Shown here in pieces: positions 16,544 to 25,247 of a stretch of 64,000 nucleotides of DNA (within the stretch, counting starts at the first letter, position 1; the number at the start of each line of letters is the position of its first letter). A program made the translations under genes and the position numbers. Origin of the DNA: a virus; the IMG/VR virus record IMGVR_UViG_3300032677_000006; one strand, given 5' to 3'. The notes beneath the pieces are model-generated. The model worked only from the letters and a program-made list of their open reading frames with translations. It searched no databases and was not told where the DNA came from.

Positions 16544-18163
16544 TCAAAGAACCGGGCGGCTGGCCCGTTTCTTCTTCCGGTGCCGCATAAACCGGCTCAG
16601 GTCGTCGCTGCTGGCGGGAAAGGGCAAATCGGCGTACGGATCGGATTTGGCCGCGTGGTCAAATTTCACATTCTCGGGACCGTTTTCGGCCAGGGCTTCG
16701 GCCATGCGGCTGAACCGTTGATACCAGGTCCCCACGCCCAGCTGCGGATGCGCGTGGTAGGGCGCATAGCGCTCCAAGGCGTTGAACAGGTTAACCCAAG
16801 TTCCCGCGCTTCGGCTGTCCGGACCGGATAGCTGGGTCACTGTCGTGCCGTAGTACTTGATCAAGGCGTTCCTGCCGGTCGTTCCCGGCACCTCCTTGTA
16901 GGTCCAGGCGCTGGCGGGCAGCTCGTTCACGTAGCGCTGTGGATCAACGCTGTCCGCGCTCTCCTGCGCCGCCGCGCGACCGTGCTGCTGGATGTAGTCC
17001 GTGGCGTCCCGCACAAAGCGTTGAAACGTCTTGGGGTACCGCTGCCGGTTGTACCAGTACTTCTCGGCCATGCCCCAGTGGCCGTTGCGCAGCCGGGCCA
17101 GCATCTGCTCCGAGTTCAAGCCCTGCCGCCGCCAGGAGTCCACCATGCTGGCCGCCCAGGCCATGACCTCTTGCTTCTGCTGAAGATACCGGTCCTGGTC
17201 CAGGTGTCCCCTGGGCGTCACCCAGGCGGTGGCATCCGCTGTGACTTTAGCCGGATCGGACATGTTGGTGAGCTGATGCCCGTGGACCAGTTCGTGATAG
17301 ATCACCGGCGCGTATACGCGCGTCAGCTTCTGCTGGCGCAGCATGTACCGGTCCGGCACCCGCAGGTAGACGCCGGTGTCGGTCGCCATGCCGGGCGTGC
17401 CCGGACACAGGGCCATGTCCGGATGCTGCTCGAACTTAACGCCAAACTTGGACAGCTCGTCGTTGGCCAGCGTGACAAACACCCGGGGGTCGTCGTTGCA
17501 GCTGTCCTGCGCCTGCTGGATGATCTGGTTGATCTCCTCCATGTCCGCCTGGCTCGGTCCCACCGCCGCCTCGTGCATCAGCCCGTGCTGCTTGACCTTG
17601 GAAAAAAGCAGGACCTCCTGGTGCCGGGGTGCCTGGTCATCGTCGCCCGCGCCCTTCCAGACCATGCCGTAAGCCATCCACTCCGCGCCGTCCTCAAAGA
17701 TGTCCATGCCCTCCAGCTGGTCGCAGGTGCCTTTTTTCACGTAGGCGACGGTCAGGTGCGGGTGGTATTCCGGATGCCGGTCCTCGTTGGGCACCTCGCG
17801 GCTGATCTGGCTGTTGAGGTGGCGCAGCCAGTCCGACTCCACGTCGCACTTGACCACGTCAAACTTCTCGTTCCGGAAGAGGCTGACCTTGCCCACCGTG
17901 ATGGGGAAGGGCTGGGTCGTGTGCGCGATATTGTAGACGCTGGCCGTGGGAATCGGCTCGGTCATGCCGAACTTCACGGTGACGTGGGCCTCCAGCTCGC
18001 GCCCCATGTCGCCGTTGTCGCCGACGAACAGGACGTCGTCGGGGATGTTCAACTCGCCCCACTCCACCACCCGGTCGCCGATCTCCGTGGGCGCGTCGAT
18101 CATCAGGCAGGAGTAGCTGTACGCCTTCTCCAGCAGCAAATCAGTCAGTCTCGTTGCGTTCAT
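16544..18163 (-). CDS. Multidomain putative virion-internal protein: 2H phosphoesterase (gp57B/Acb1/LigT-like) + HExxH zincin-like domain + unknown domain
   Basis: Two HxT motifs (AHVTVKF, YHPHLTVAY); VIYHELVHGHQ with downstream E (QEVMAW); ATGA overlap supports start 18163. Confidence 0.8.
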   Translation of the reverse strand: MNATRLTDLLLEKAYSYSCLMIDAPTEIGDRVVEWGELNIPDDVLFVGDNGDMGRELEAHVTVKFGMTEPIPTASVYNIAHTTQPFPITVGKVSLFRNEKFDVVKCDVESDWLRHLNSQISREVPNEDRHPEYHPHLTVAYVKKGTCDQLEGMDIFEDGAEWMAYGMVWKGAGDDDQAPRHQEVLLFSKVKQHGLMHEAAVGPSQADMEEINQIIQQAQDSCNDDPRVFVTLANDELSKFGVKFEQHPDMALCPGTPGMATDTGVYLRVPDRYMLRQQKLTRVYAPVIYHELVHGHQLTNMSDPAKVTADATAWVTPRGHLDQDRYLQQKQEVMAWAASMVDSWRRQGLNSEQMLARLRNGHWGMAEKYWYNRQRYPKTFQRFVRDATDYIQQHGRAAAQESADSVDPQRYVNELPASAWTYKEVPGTTGRNALIKYYGTTVTQLSGPDSRSAGTWVNLFNALERYAPYHAHPQLGVGTWYQRFSRMAEALAENGPENVKFDHAAKSDPYADLPFPASSDDLSRFMRHRKKKRASRPVL

Positions 18164-21096
18164 TCCAGGCTCCAAAAGAACCGGGGATGCGCGCCGGTTG
18201 AGGTTTCGTCCAGGATCGCCGGTGACGTGTAGACGCCCTGCTGCGCCAGCAGGTTGAAGACCTCGCGGCCCACCGCCTCCTTAAGCGCCGCCTGGCCCGG
18301 CACCGTCAGCGCCGGTTCGGCGTCGCACTCCAGGGTGATCCGGTCGCCCAGGTCCGCCAGGTGGACGCTGTACAGTTCCGCGCCCACGCGCTCCGCCGCC
18401 GCTTCGAGCACCGGCTGAAGCTCGCGCAGCAGGCTGTCGCCCAGCTTGAGCTGCAACTGGTTGCGGTCCTCCGGGAACCGGGTCATTTCCAGCTCCAGCA
18501 GCGGCGTGCTACACTCTTCGCGATAATAGTCCGCCGACGAGTCCTTCTCGTCCGGCCACCCGCCGTCAGCTTCAATTCTCTCGGTGCTGATCGCCCCCTT
18601 GTGCGCCTCCAGCATCATGCTGGCCAGGTCGTTGTCGTATTCCAAGCCGTTGCCGTTATCCTCGGAGGCTTTCTCGAACGCCTCCGTCAGGCTCTTCCAG
18701 GGGACCAGAACCAGAAACACGTCTTTGCCGGTGCTGGTCGTGCCCCACTCACTCTTGATCGCATCCAATTCACTGAGGGCGAGCTTCGTGACCTTGGATT
18801 CCAGCTGATCCCGGGAAACCATGGAAAGCATGTTGGCCGCGCCGTTTTGCACGGCTTCGATGATGTCATCGTAGGTGCCTTGGGACTCCTCCTCGGGGTT
18901 GGGGTCTTTGACCCACTCCCACAGGTCCGAATCAGTGTACTCATTGAGCATGTCCCGGGTGACCACGACCCACGCGCCTTCGCCGGTGGGACCGCCCTCC
19001 GGGAAAAACACCTCCCGGTTGATCAGCAAATCACGGATATACGCGTACGCCTTGGGCGTAAGCCAGTCCAGGGCGTCGCCCAGGTCGGGCCGACTATGTT
19101 TGTCGTAATGATAATCAAACCAGTCGTACGTCTCGCCCTGGAACACGTCCGACGCCCAGTTTTCGTTGTCGAACAACACCGCCAAAGCCTCGTAGCCGTA
19201 ATAGCCCAGCCAGGCTCCGCGCGCCTCCAGCTTGGCTGTGTCCGGCTTGAGGTAGTCAGCCGCCGATTTCAGGTCGCCGCTCACCGCCGCCCGCAGCCCC
19301 AGGAATAGCCCAAACCGTTTCAACTCCCGCGCTATCGGATGCCGGGCGTACGACTTGATAAACCGCTGGACTTCCCCGTTGCCTCCCAGGATATTGAGAC
19401 AGGCCAGGGTGTTGCCGAATTCCCGGATGACTTTGTCGTTCTGATAGTCGTCGGTGGACCGCACGGTCGCCCGCCACTTGCCGCGCACGAGGGCGATCAA
19501 CCCACGGCGCGCGGACCTGCCGTACGCTTTATCCGCGCACACCTCCCAGACCTTTGTCCGGCTCATGCCGATAGGTTCGATCTGGCCGTCCTCGATGTTG
19601 AAGGCCCCCAGGCACCGGTTGGTGTCAGCGGTCAGCACGACCACGGGAAAGCCGTAGTACAGGTTCCCTGGATTCCGCTCAAATCCGTTTTGCGGCCTGC
19701 CTAGTTGCAGCGCATTCAGAGCTGGCATGTCCAAGGGCCGGACAATTCGGACCGAGTTGTCCCTCCATAGCTCCTGAATGCGCATGTCACCACCGCGACG
19801 CAACCAGGCTTCCGGGTCAAAATTGTCGTCCGGCGGCAGGTCATGGTCCGCTTCATTAAGGCTCAGCGCCGCGCGCTGGCTGCCCGTGGCCAAGCGCGCG
19901 GGCGCGCCGGGCATGGAATTACCCTCAAACAGCCTGCGGGCCTCCCCCAGAGGCAGCTGAGGGTGCTCCAGCGGCTCGTGGCGGTCCGCCTGGCGCAGCA
20001 CCTGAGCGGCTTCGGGCCGGTTGAGCAGGACCTTCATGCCGTCCTTGAAGTAATTCCGCCAGCTGCGGCCCAGCTTGTCGAAACCCATGGGGTCCGCCAT
20101 GGAGCACACCCAGTACGGGTCCTCACCGTAATCGTCCTTGACGGGAATCCAGCGCGGACGGGTGGTGTCGTGATATACGCCGTCCGGCGTCAGCCGGAGA
20201 AAGAAGCGGTACAGGTCCTCGTTGTCCATCTTGGCGTACGCTCGCTGACACTCCGGGTCCTGGGGCACTAACACTGACCGCACCAGTTCGTCGAAAACGT
20301 CTCCCTGGGTGCGCGCACCTGTCGGAGTATCCTCCGTGGACGGCGACTCCCAGAACTCCCGCTTGATCTGCTGCCACCGGCGCTGGAAGCCAGCCAGGTT
20401 GGGCAGCTGCTCCAGGAACCATTCCACGTGCTCCGGTTCCACGTGTTTTTCCACGTCCATGTACACGCTGGATTCACCGTCCCGCTCCGGCCAGGTTTGC
20501 ACCTCCTGACACCACTCCCAGAAAATCTTGGTGCTGCGCACCTGGCTGATCACGAAGGCCGTGAACGAATCCGCCGCCAGCGCCATCAGCGTTTTCTTCA
20601 GCTCGGGCATGCCGTCGCTTTCCGCCCAGCGCTGCTGCTCCTTCATTTCCAGCTCCTGCGCCTCGTCTTCGTCCAGGACCGGGTAGTCGCCGCAGAGCAC
20701 CTTCAGGTCTTCAATGAACTGATCCCAGTCGTCCGGGTCAACTGCCGCCAGATACCGCTCCAGATCGCCGTTGGATTCCTTGGCCTTGTCCGGATCAATC
20801 GCCAGACCGCTGTCCTGCTGATGCAACCATGGGTAGCTCTTCACCATGTGCTTGAGATTAGCCTGATCATCGAAGCTGGCATACTGGCCGTTACTGGCGT
20901 TGGGAATCCAGTAGTTGCCGTCCCGGTTGGGTTTGACCAGCTCTTCCAGCTGCTTGGCGCGTTCGTAGCCGATGCCGAAAATCTGCTTGATGAACTCCTC
21001 CGCCTTATCCAGGTTGAAGTCCTCGTCATCCGCCCAGGCGGTGTAGCCTTCCAGGTCAGCTTCCAGCAGGTAGTGTGGCAGCAGTTGAGCGCTCAT
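18160..21096 (-). CDS. Large acidic hypothetical protein, putative internal head/ejection protein
   Basis: 978 aa; N-terminal YLLEAD and internal LFE/LNEAD motifs. Confidence 0.8.
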   Translation of the reverse strand: MSAQLLPHYLLEADLEGYTAWADDEDFNLDKAEEFIKQIFGIGYERAKQLEELVKPNRDGNYWIPNASNGQYASFDDQANLKHMVKSYPWLHQQDSGLAIDPDKAKESNGDLERYLAAVDPDDWDQFIEDLKVLCGDYPVLDEDEAQELEMKEQQRWAESDGMPELKKTLMALAADSFTAFVISQVRSTKIFWEWCQEVQTWPERDGESSVYMDVEKHVEPEHVEWFLEQLPNLAGFQRRWQQIKREFWESPSTEDTPTGARTQGDVFDELVRSVLVPQDPECQRAYAKMDNEDLYRFFLRLTPDGVYHDTTRPRWIPVKDDYGEDPYWVCSMADPMGFDKLGRSWRNYFKDGMKVLLNRPEAAQVLRQADRHEPLEHPQLPLGEARRLFEGNSMPGAPARLATGSQRAALSLNEADHDLPPDDNFDPEAWLRRGGDMRIQELWRDNSVRIVRPLDMPALNALQLGRPQNGFERNPGNLYYGFPVVVLTADTNRCLGAFNIEDGQIEPIGMSRTKVWEVCADKAYGRSARRGLIALVRGKWRATVRSTDDYQNDKVIREFGNTLACLNILGGNGEVQRFIKSYARHPIARELKRFGLFLGLRAAVSGDLKSAADYLKPDTAKLEARGAWLGYYGYEALAVLFDNENWASDVFQGETYDWFDYHYDKHSRPDLGDALDWLTPKAYAYIRDLLINREVFFPEGGPTGEGAWVVVTRDMLNEYTDSDLWEWVKDPNPEEESQGTYDDIIEAVQNGAANMLSMVSRDQLESKVTKLALSELDAIKSEWGTTSTGKDVFLVLVPWKSLTEAFEKASEDNGNGLEYDNDLASMMLEAHKGAISTERIEADGGWPDEKDSSADYYREECSTPLLELEMTRFPEDRNQLQLKLGDSLLRELQPVLEAAAERVGAELYSVHLADLGDRITLECDAEPALTVPGQAALKEAVGREVFNLLAQQGVYTSPAILDETSTGAHPRFFWSLE

Positions 21097-21449
21097 GATG
21101 CTGGCTCAAAGCCGATGGTTTCCCCGGGTCCGTAGACGTCAGGCTTGTTCACGTTGCCCCACTTCTGGATGTAGTACGTCTTGATTGCCTGCAAGTCATC
21201 CACGTCGAACGGTCTCCAGTCGGAGTACTGGCTGCCCACGTCGCACAGAAACCTGGACTTGCTGTTGACGTAGCCAGGAACACTGTACGCCCACTGCATC
21301 CGTTCGATCAGGTCGTCCAGGTCAGCCACCCCTTCCCCGGTGAACACCGTCGAGTCTGAGTTGTCCGTCTGAACCTCGCCGATGTACACGTCAAAGTACC
21401 AGCACGCTTTGGCGGCCAGGTACTGCTGCTGTTGGACGGTCAATTTCAT
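21093..21449 (-). CDS. Hypothetical protein
   Basis: ATG 21449 (MKLTVQQQQYL...), GTAGTTA motif 5 nt upstream. Confidence 0.75.
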   Translation of the reverse strand: MKLTVQQQQYLAAKACWYFDVYIGEVQTDNSDSTVFTGEGVADLDDLIERMQWAYSVPGYVNSKSRFLCDVGSQYSDWRPFDVDDLQAIKTYYIQKWGNVNKPDVYGPGETIGFEPAS

Positions 21450-21639
21450 CGAGCTAACTACCGGTCGGGAACAGCTGCGGTTTCTCGACAGAGGGCGAAG
21501 CCGAACCGGCGGGAGTCGTCTCCCGCAGGGAGACACTCCCTTGTAGTGTTAGGCACCCGCTTTAGCGGGGCCGAAGCGGGACTGCGAAGCAGGCCAGCGA
21601 GGCGTAAGGTTACTGTTAGGCTTGTAAGGCTATTTCTTT

Positions 21640-21737
21640 CGGCAATTTCCTCCGTTATCCCGGCAATTTTCTCCGGTATGTTCGGCAATTTTCTCCAGTG
21701 ATCGGCAACTTTCTCCACCAGACCTGCAATTTTCTCC
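21640..21737. repeat. Five ~21-bp-spaced direct repeats (CGGCAATTTTCTCC consensus); iteron-like, candidate replication origin
   Basis: Copies start at 21640, 21661, 21683, 21703 and 21724; AT-rich stretch and Rep-like gene adjacent. Confidence 0.8.
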
Positions 21738-21869
21738 GAAACTAGCCTGTTTACAGAAAAAAACGCGCAAACAGACGCCAAAGACCAGGAAAACAGATTG
21801 CCTTCAGCGTATACGTTATAGCATAAAGTGTTCATAACCAGGTAGAAACGAATTGGTATTTTGATTTGT

Positions 21870-22859
21870 CTACAACCGAGCCAAATCCAGCTCAGCCGGA
21901 GCATAGAGCGCTTTGACGGTCCGGGTCGGACGACCCTGCGGATATAGCCGGGTGGCTTCAATCCGGGCCAGCTTCGTGGGATCGCGATACACCGCCGCTG
22001 CTGCTGATTTCGGGTAGGCGTCGGTCCACTTGATCCGGTCGGGCGTGAGCCGCTTGCTGTAGCGGTAGCGGTAGCCGGTGCGGCCTTCCCGCAGCCGGTT
22101 GTCGCACTTCTCCCGCTGTATGACGCCTTTTTCCCAAAGCTGCCGCAGCGTGAACCGGGCGTCCTCAGCGGACATCCAGGGCAGGCAGTGAGCCACGCGG
22201 CGGGGCGACATCACACACAGGCTCTGCGCCTCCACCGGCGCGGCGAGCAGGCTGTACACCAGGCAGCCGTTGATGCCCAGCAACCGGGCCAGGCGCAGAT
22301 CGTAATAGCCGTACACCTTGCGGTCGTCGTTCTCCTTGATCCCGGCGTACAAGTCGAACACCTCTTTCTTGGTGATCCAAAGCCCGAGGGCGTGGGAGGT
22401 TCGGTGATAATCCAGGAAGCCTGCCGCCTGCGCGGTTTGAATCAAGTTGAACAACTGGCGAATTTCGCAGCCAAGCTGACGGGCGAACCACTGTGCGTTC
22501 TGATGCCAGGCGGCCTTGACGCCCGTCAAGCCTTTGTCGTGCATGTGCTTGGTGTGGGCCGCCAGCAGCAGAACCAGGGCGGAGCCGCGAATGCCCAGCT
22601 GGGGGATGTACTTGACGAAAAACCGGGTGCGCCGCCGGATAAACTTTTGGTCGTGCTTCAGTATACTTTTACGTTCTGACTTGGGGCGCTCCGACCATTC
22701 CTTGGCCGTCTGCGGTTCGGAGATGTGCTTTAAGACCAGCTCCGCTCCCGCGTGATCGCCGCGCAGGAGCAGCTGATTGACCAGGTCCAACATGGCGTTG
22801 TTGGATACCGGCTTGGTTTTAGTTTCGTTAAAATCGGCGGTAACTTGTAATATAGGCAT
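21870..22859 (-). CDS. Putative replication initiator / tandem winged-helix DNA-binding protein
   Basis: Two wHTH-like units (QWFARQLGCEIRQLFNLIQTAQAAGFL; LARLLGINGCLVYSLL..PWMSAEDARFTLRQLWEKGVI); next to iterons and helicase. Confidence 0.6.
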   Translation of the reverse strand: MPILQVTADFNETKTKPVSNNAMLDLVNQLLLRGDHAGAELVLKHISEPQTAKEWSERPKSERKSILKHDQKFIRRRTRFFVKYIPQLGIRGSALVLLLAAHTKHMHDKGLTGVKAAWHQNAQWFARQLGCEIRQLFNLIQTAQAAGFLDYHRTSHALGLWITKKEVFDLYAGIKENDDRKVYGYYDLRLARLLGINGCLVYSLLAAPVEAQSLCVMSPRRVAHCLPWMSAEDARFTLRQLWEKGVIQREKCDNRLREGRTGYRYRYSKRLTPDRIKWTDAYPKSAAAAVYRDPTKLARIEATRLYPQGRPTRTVKALYAPAELDLARL

Positions 22860-22883
22860 ACTTTAGCTGCCTAGAACCAAAAA

Positions 22884-24635
22884 CTAAAGCAGCTTGCCTT
22901 GAACGGTCTCCGGACCGGCGCAGGGATGGTAGTACTGAAAGCCTTCTGTCTCCTCCAGCGTCTTCAAAAGCGCCCGGGAAGTCTTGAGCAGCTGCGGGTG
23001 CTGCCGCTCCGCGAACCAGACCACGTGCGCGCGGTTGTCCTTCTTTTTGGGGCGCATGGCGCGGCCAATGATCTGCCGGGCCACCTCGGGATCGGCCACG
23101 AAGTCGGCCACGACCATGCAGGAAATCTCATTGATGCTGATGCCCTCCTTGACCAGCGGCGTGATCAGCACTGCGCCGGGCGTGTCCTTGAACCACTGGA
23201 ACATCTCGTCCCGCTGAACCGGGCTGTCCTTTTCGTGGCCGGTCAGGATGCGCACGCGCTCCGGGTCCACGGACTTTTTCAGGAGCGCCTCCAGGATGTA
23301 TACATAAGCTGTGCGCGTGGCCACCACGACGGTGGACTTGCCCTTTTTGTGAAAGTAGCCGACCCAGGTGCGGATCATGTCATTGCGCTCGTTGAACTGG
23401 ATAACGGCCCGGTCCATCAGCCGGTCGAGCAGGCACCAGCGCGACTCCATTTCGTAGACCACCTCGTCGATCTCAATCTGGTGCAACCCGCCCACCAGGA
23501 CCGGACGGTCCTCGACGATGAAGTTGCCGTCGTCGTCCTGGTTGGCCGTCTTGTACTTGATGGTCTTGAGCTGGCCGGTCTTTTTGTCCACTTCGTAGAC
23601 CGGACCCCGGTACTTGCCCTCCACCCATTTGCCGTCCCAAAGCACGTAGGCTTTGCTGCCTGCGGCGGGCTTCAGCTTCACGTGGCTGTACCGGTTGGCC
23701 CAGCTGGGCATGTCCACGACGTAGATGTGCGGCGGAGCCAGCCGTCCTTCGCTGATCAAGGGGGCGCTGGTGACCTCCACCAGGCGCGGTCCAAACTGTC
23801 CCCGGATGGCGAAGTACTTGGCCGGGTCCTTGGCTTTGGCCGTGTCCGACGCGCCCAGCCGGAAGAAAGCCGGAATGACGTCGAGCACTTTCTGAGACGA
23901 CGGCGCGGACGCATGATGCACCTCGTCGTACAGCAGGGTGGAAAAGGTGTCGAACCAGCCGTCGCGGAGCAGGGTTTGAAAATTGCGGTGCAACACGCTC
24001 ACCGTGCAGACCACCATGTCCGCCGCGTCCTTTTCCTGCTTGCCGCCGCCGTACTGGCCGACTTCAAAGCTCGGCAGCAGCTTCGCCATGCGCTGGGAGG
24101 TCTGGCGCACCAGGCGCTCACTGGGCGTGATGTAAATGAACCGGGCCTTGTCGTACCACTCCTTGATCAAGGCCGCCGCCCCGGCCATGGTCTCGGTCTT
24201 GCCGCCGCCCACGCTCACCTTGCAGAAGCCCACGCCGTTGCGCAGCCATTCCAGGATGCAGAGGCGCTGCCGTTCATCCAGCTTGAATTCGCCCGCGATC
24301 AGGTCGTCCCGAACGTCGTCCAGCTCAATGTCCCGGAGCGGGTTCTCCATCAGCTCCCACTCCAGCTTGATCTTGTTTTCCTTGGCGTAGCGCTCCAGGT
24401 CCACCTTGCGGCCCCGGGGCAGCACGGCGCTCTCGCAGTAGTTGCGGCTGACCCGCCACAGCGGATAGATGTAGCCGTCCCAGCCCTCCTTGCCCTCAGT
24501 CAGGACGTGCTGCTGGTACTTGACGGAATGGAAGTAGCCGTTGGGGTGAAACCGAAACTCGTAGGCCAGGGTGGCCAGCTCGTCGGAGTCCCCTTCCAGG
24601 ATCAGCTTGATGGGCGTTTCGCGGACGTGGATCAT
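22884..24635 (-). CDS. Superfamily 2 DNA helicase (UvsW/XPB-like)
   Basis: Q motif RQ, VGGGKT, YDEVHH, GASDT, EGISI, RQIIGRAMR; start at MIHVRETP just after the upstream stop. Confidence 0.9.
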   Translation of the reverse strand: MIHVRETPIKLILEGDSDELATLAYEFRFHPNGYFHSVKYQQHVLTEGKEGWDGYIYPLWRVSRNYCESAVLPRGRKVDLERYAKENKIKLEWELMENPLRDIELDDVRDDLIAGEFKLDERQRLCILEWLRNGVGFCKVSVGGGKTETMAGAAALIKEWYDKARFIYITPSERLVRQTSQRMAKLLPSFEVGQYGGGKQEKDAADMVVCTVSVLHRNFQTLLRDGWFDTFSTLLYDEVHHASAPSSQKVLDVIPAFFRLGASDTAKAKDPAKYFAIRGQFGPRLVEVTSAPLISEGRLAPPHIYVVDMPSWANRYSHVKLKPAAGSKAYVLWDGKWVEGKYRGPVYEVDKKTGQLKTIKYKTANQDDDGNFIVEDRPVLVGGLHQIEIDEVVYEMESRWCLLDRLMDRAVIQFNERNDMIRTWVGYFHKKGKSTVVVATRTAYVYILEALLKKSVDPERVRILTGHEKDSPVQRDEMFQWFKDTPGAVLITPLVKEGISINEISCMVVADFVADPEVARQIIGRAMRPKKKDNRAHVVWFAERQHPQLLKTSRALLKTLEETEGFQYYHPCAGPETVQGKLL

Positions 24636-24637
24636 AG

Positions 24638-25015
24638 CTAGTTGCCGCAGCCACACCAGCGGGCACGCCGTCCGCCGACATCGACAGTATAGATTGTTGG
24701 CGTGTTGCACTTCTCGCAGGGTTCGGACGTGCGCTCGCTCTTCCAGGATGGCTCATTTAGAATGCGAGTGAAATTCTCTTTTCCTGTTTTGGGCAAATCG
24801 TAGACGTTCTGGCCGTCTTTCAGGGAATACACGTAGTTGGCTTTGGTGCGCCAGACGTGGCCGCAGCTGTGGCACTGGACGCTGGAATAATCCGAGCACT
24901 GCCTGCGATAGCCGTTGAAGGCCGAGCAGTTGGCGTTGCGTTGCAGCACCACCCAGCGGCGCACATCAAGCGGGCGGTTCCGTTCCGGACACTTACAGGC
25001 GATTCCTTGGCTCAT
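24638..25015 (-). CDS. Cys-rich Zn-finger hypothetical protein
   Basis: CKC, NCSAFNGY..SDYSSVQCHSCGHVWRT, CEKC. Confidence 0.7.
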   Translation of the reverse strand: MSQGIACKCPERNRPLDVRRWVVLQRNANCSAFNGYRRQCSDYSSVQCHSCGHVWRTKANYVYSLKDGQNVYDLPKTGKENFTRILNEPSWKSERTSEPCEKCNTPTIYTVDVGGRRARWCGCGN

Positions 25016-25019
25016 AAAA

Positions 25020-25199
25020 TCAGGCGGGTTTGAGGAGTTTGCGGAGGCGCTTGCCTTTGATCTCCGGGTGAAAGACAGCCATGAAGGCCGCCATCTCCAG
25101 GGCTTTGTCGTTTTCTCCGCTTCGGTTGCGGCGTGATTCCACGAAGCAGCCTACGGCGCGGGCGTGTTCACGGATGTCGGGCTGAGCGGCGCGTTTCAT
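25020..25199 (-). CDS. Small hypothetical protein
   Basis: ATG 25199 (MKRAAQPDIREH...) 7 nt after a -10 box. Confidence 0.6.
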   Translation of the reverse strand: MKRAAQPDIREHARAVGCFVESRRNRSGENDKALEMAAFMAVFHPEIKGKRLRKLLKPA

Positions 25200-25206
25200 G
25201 CCCTTG

Positions 25207-25247
25207 AATGTAGACAAAGGCTGACCAGGCGTCAACCTTAAATTTTA
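25207..25247 (-). promoter_or_regulatory. Sigma70-like early promoter (TTGACG-N17-TACATT), probably leaderless
   Basis: Reverse strand reads TAAAATTTAAGGTTGACG..TACATTcaagggcATG. Confidence 0.75.

Noticed and set aside
21640-21737. Possible CRISPR array
   Set aside because: Repeats are 14 bp with 6-8 bp spacers and there are no cas genes; fits iterons
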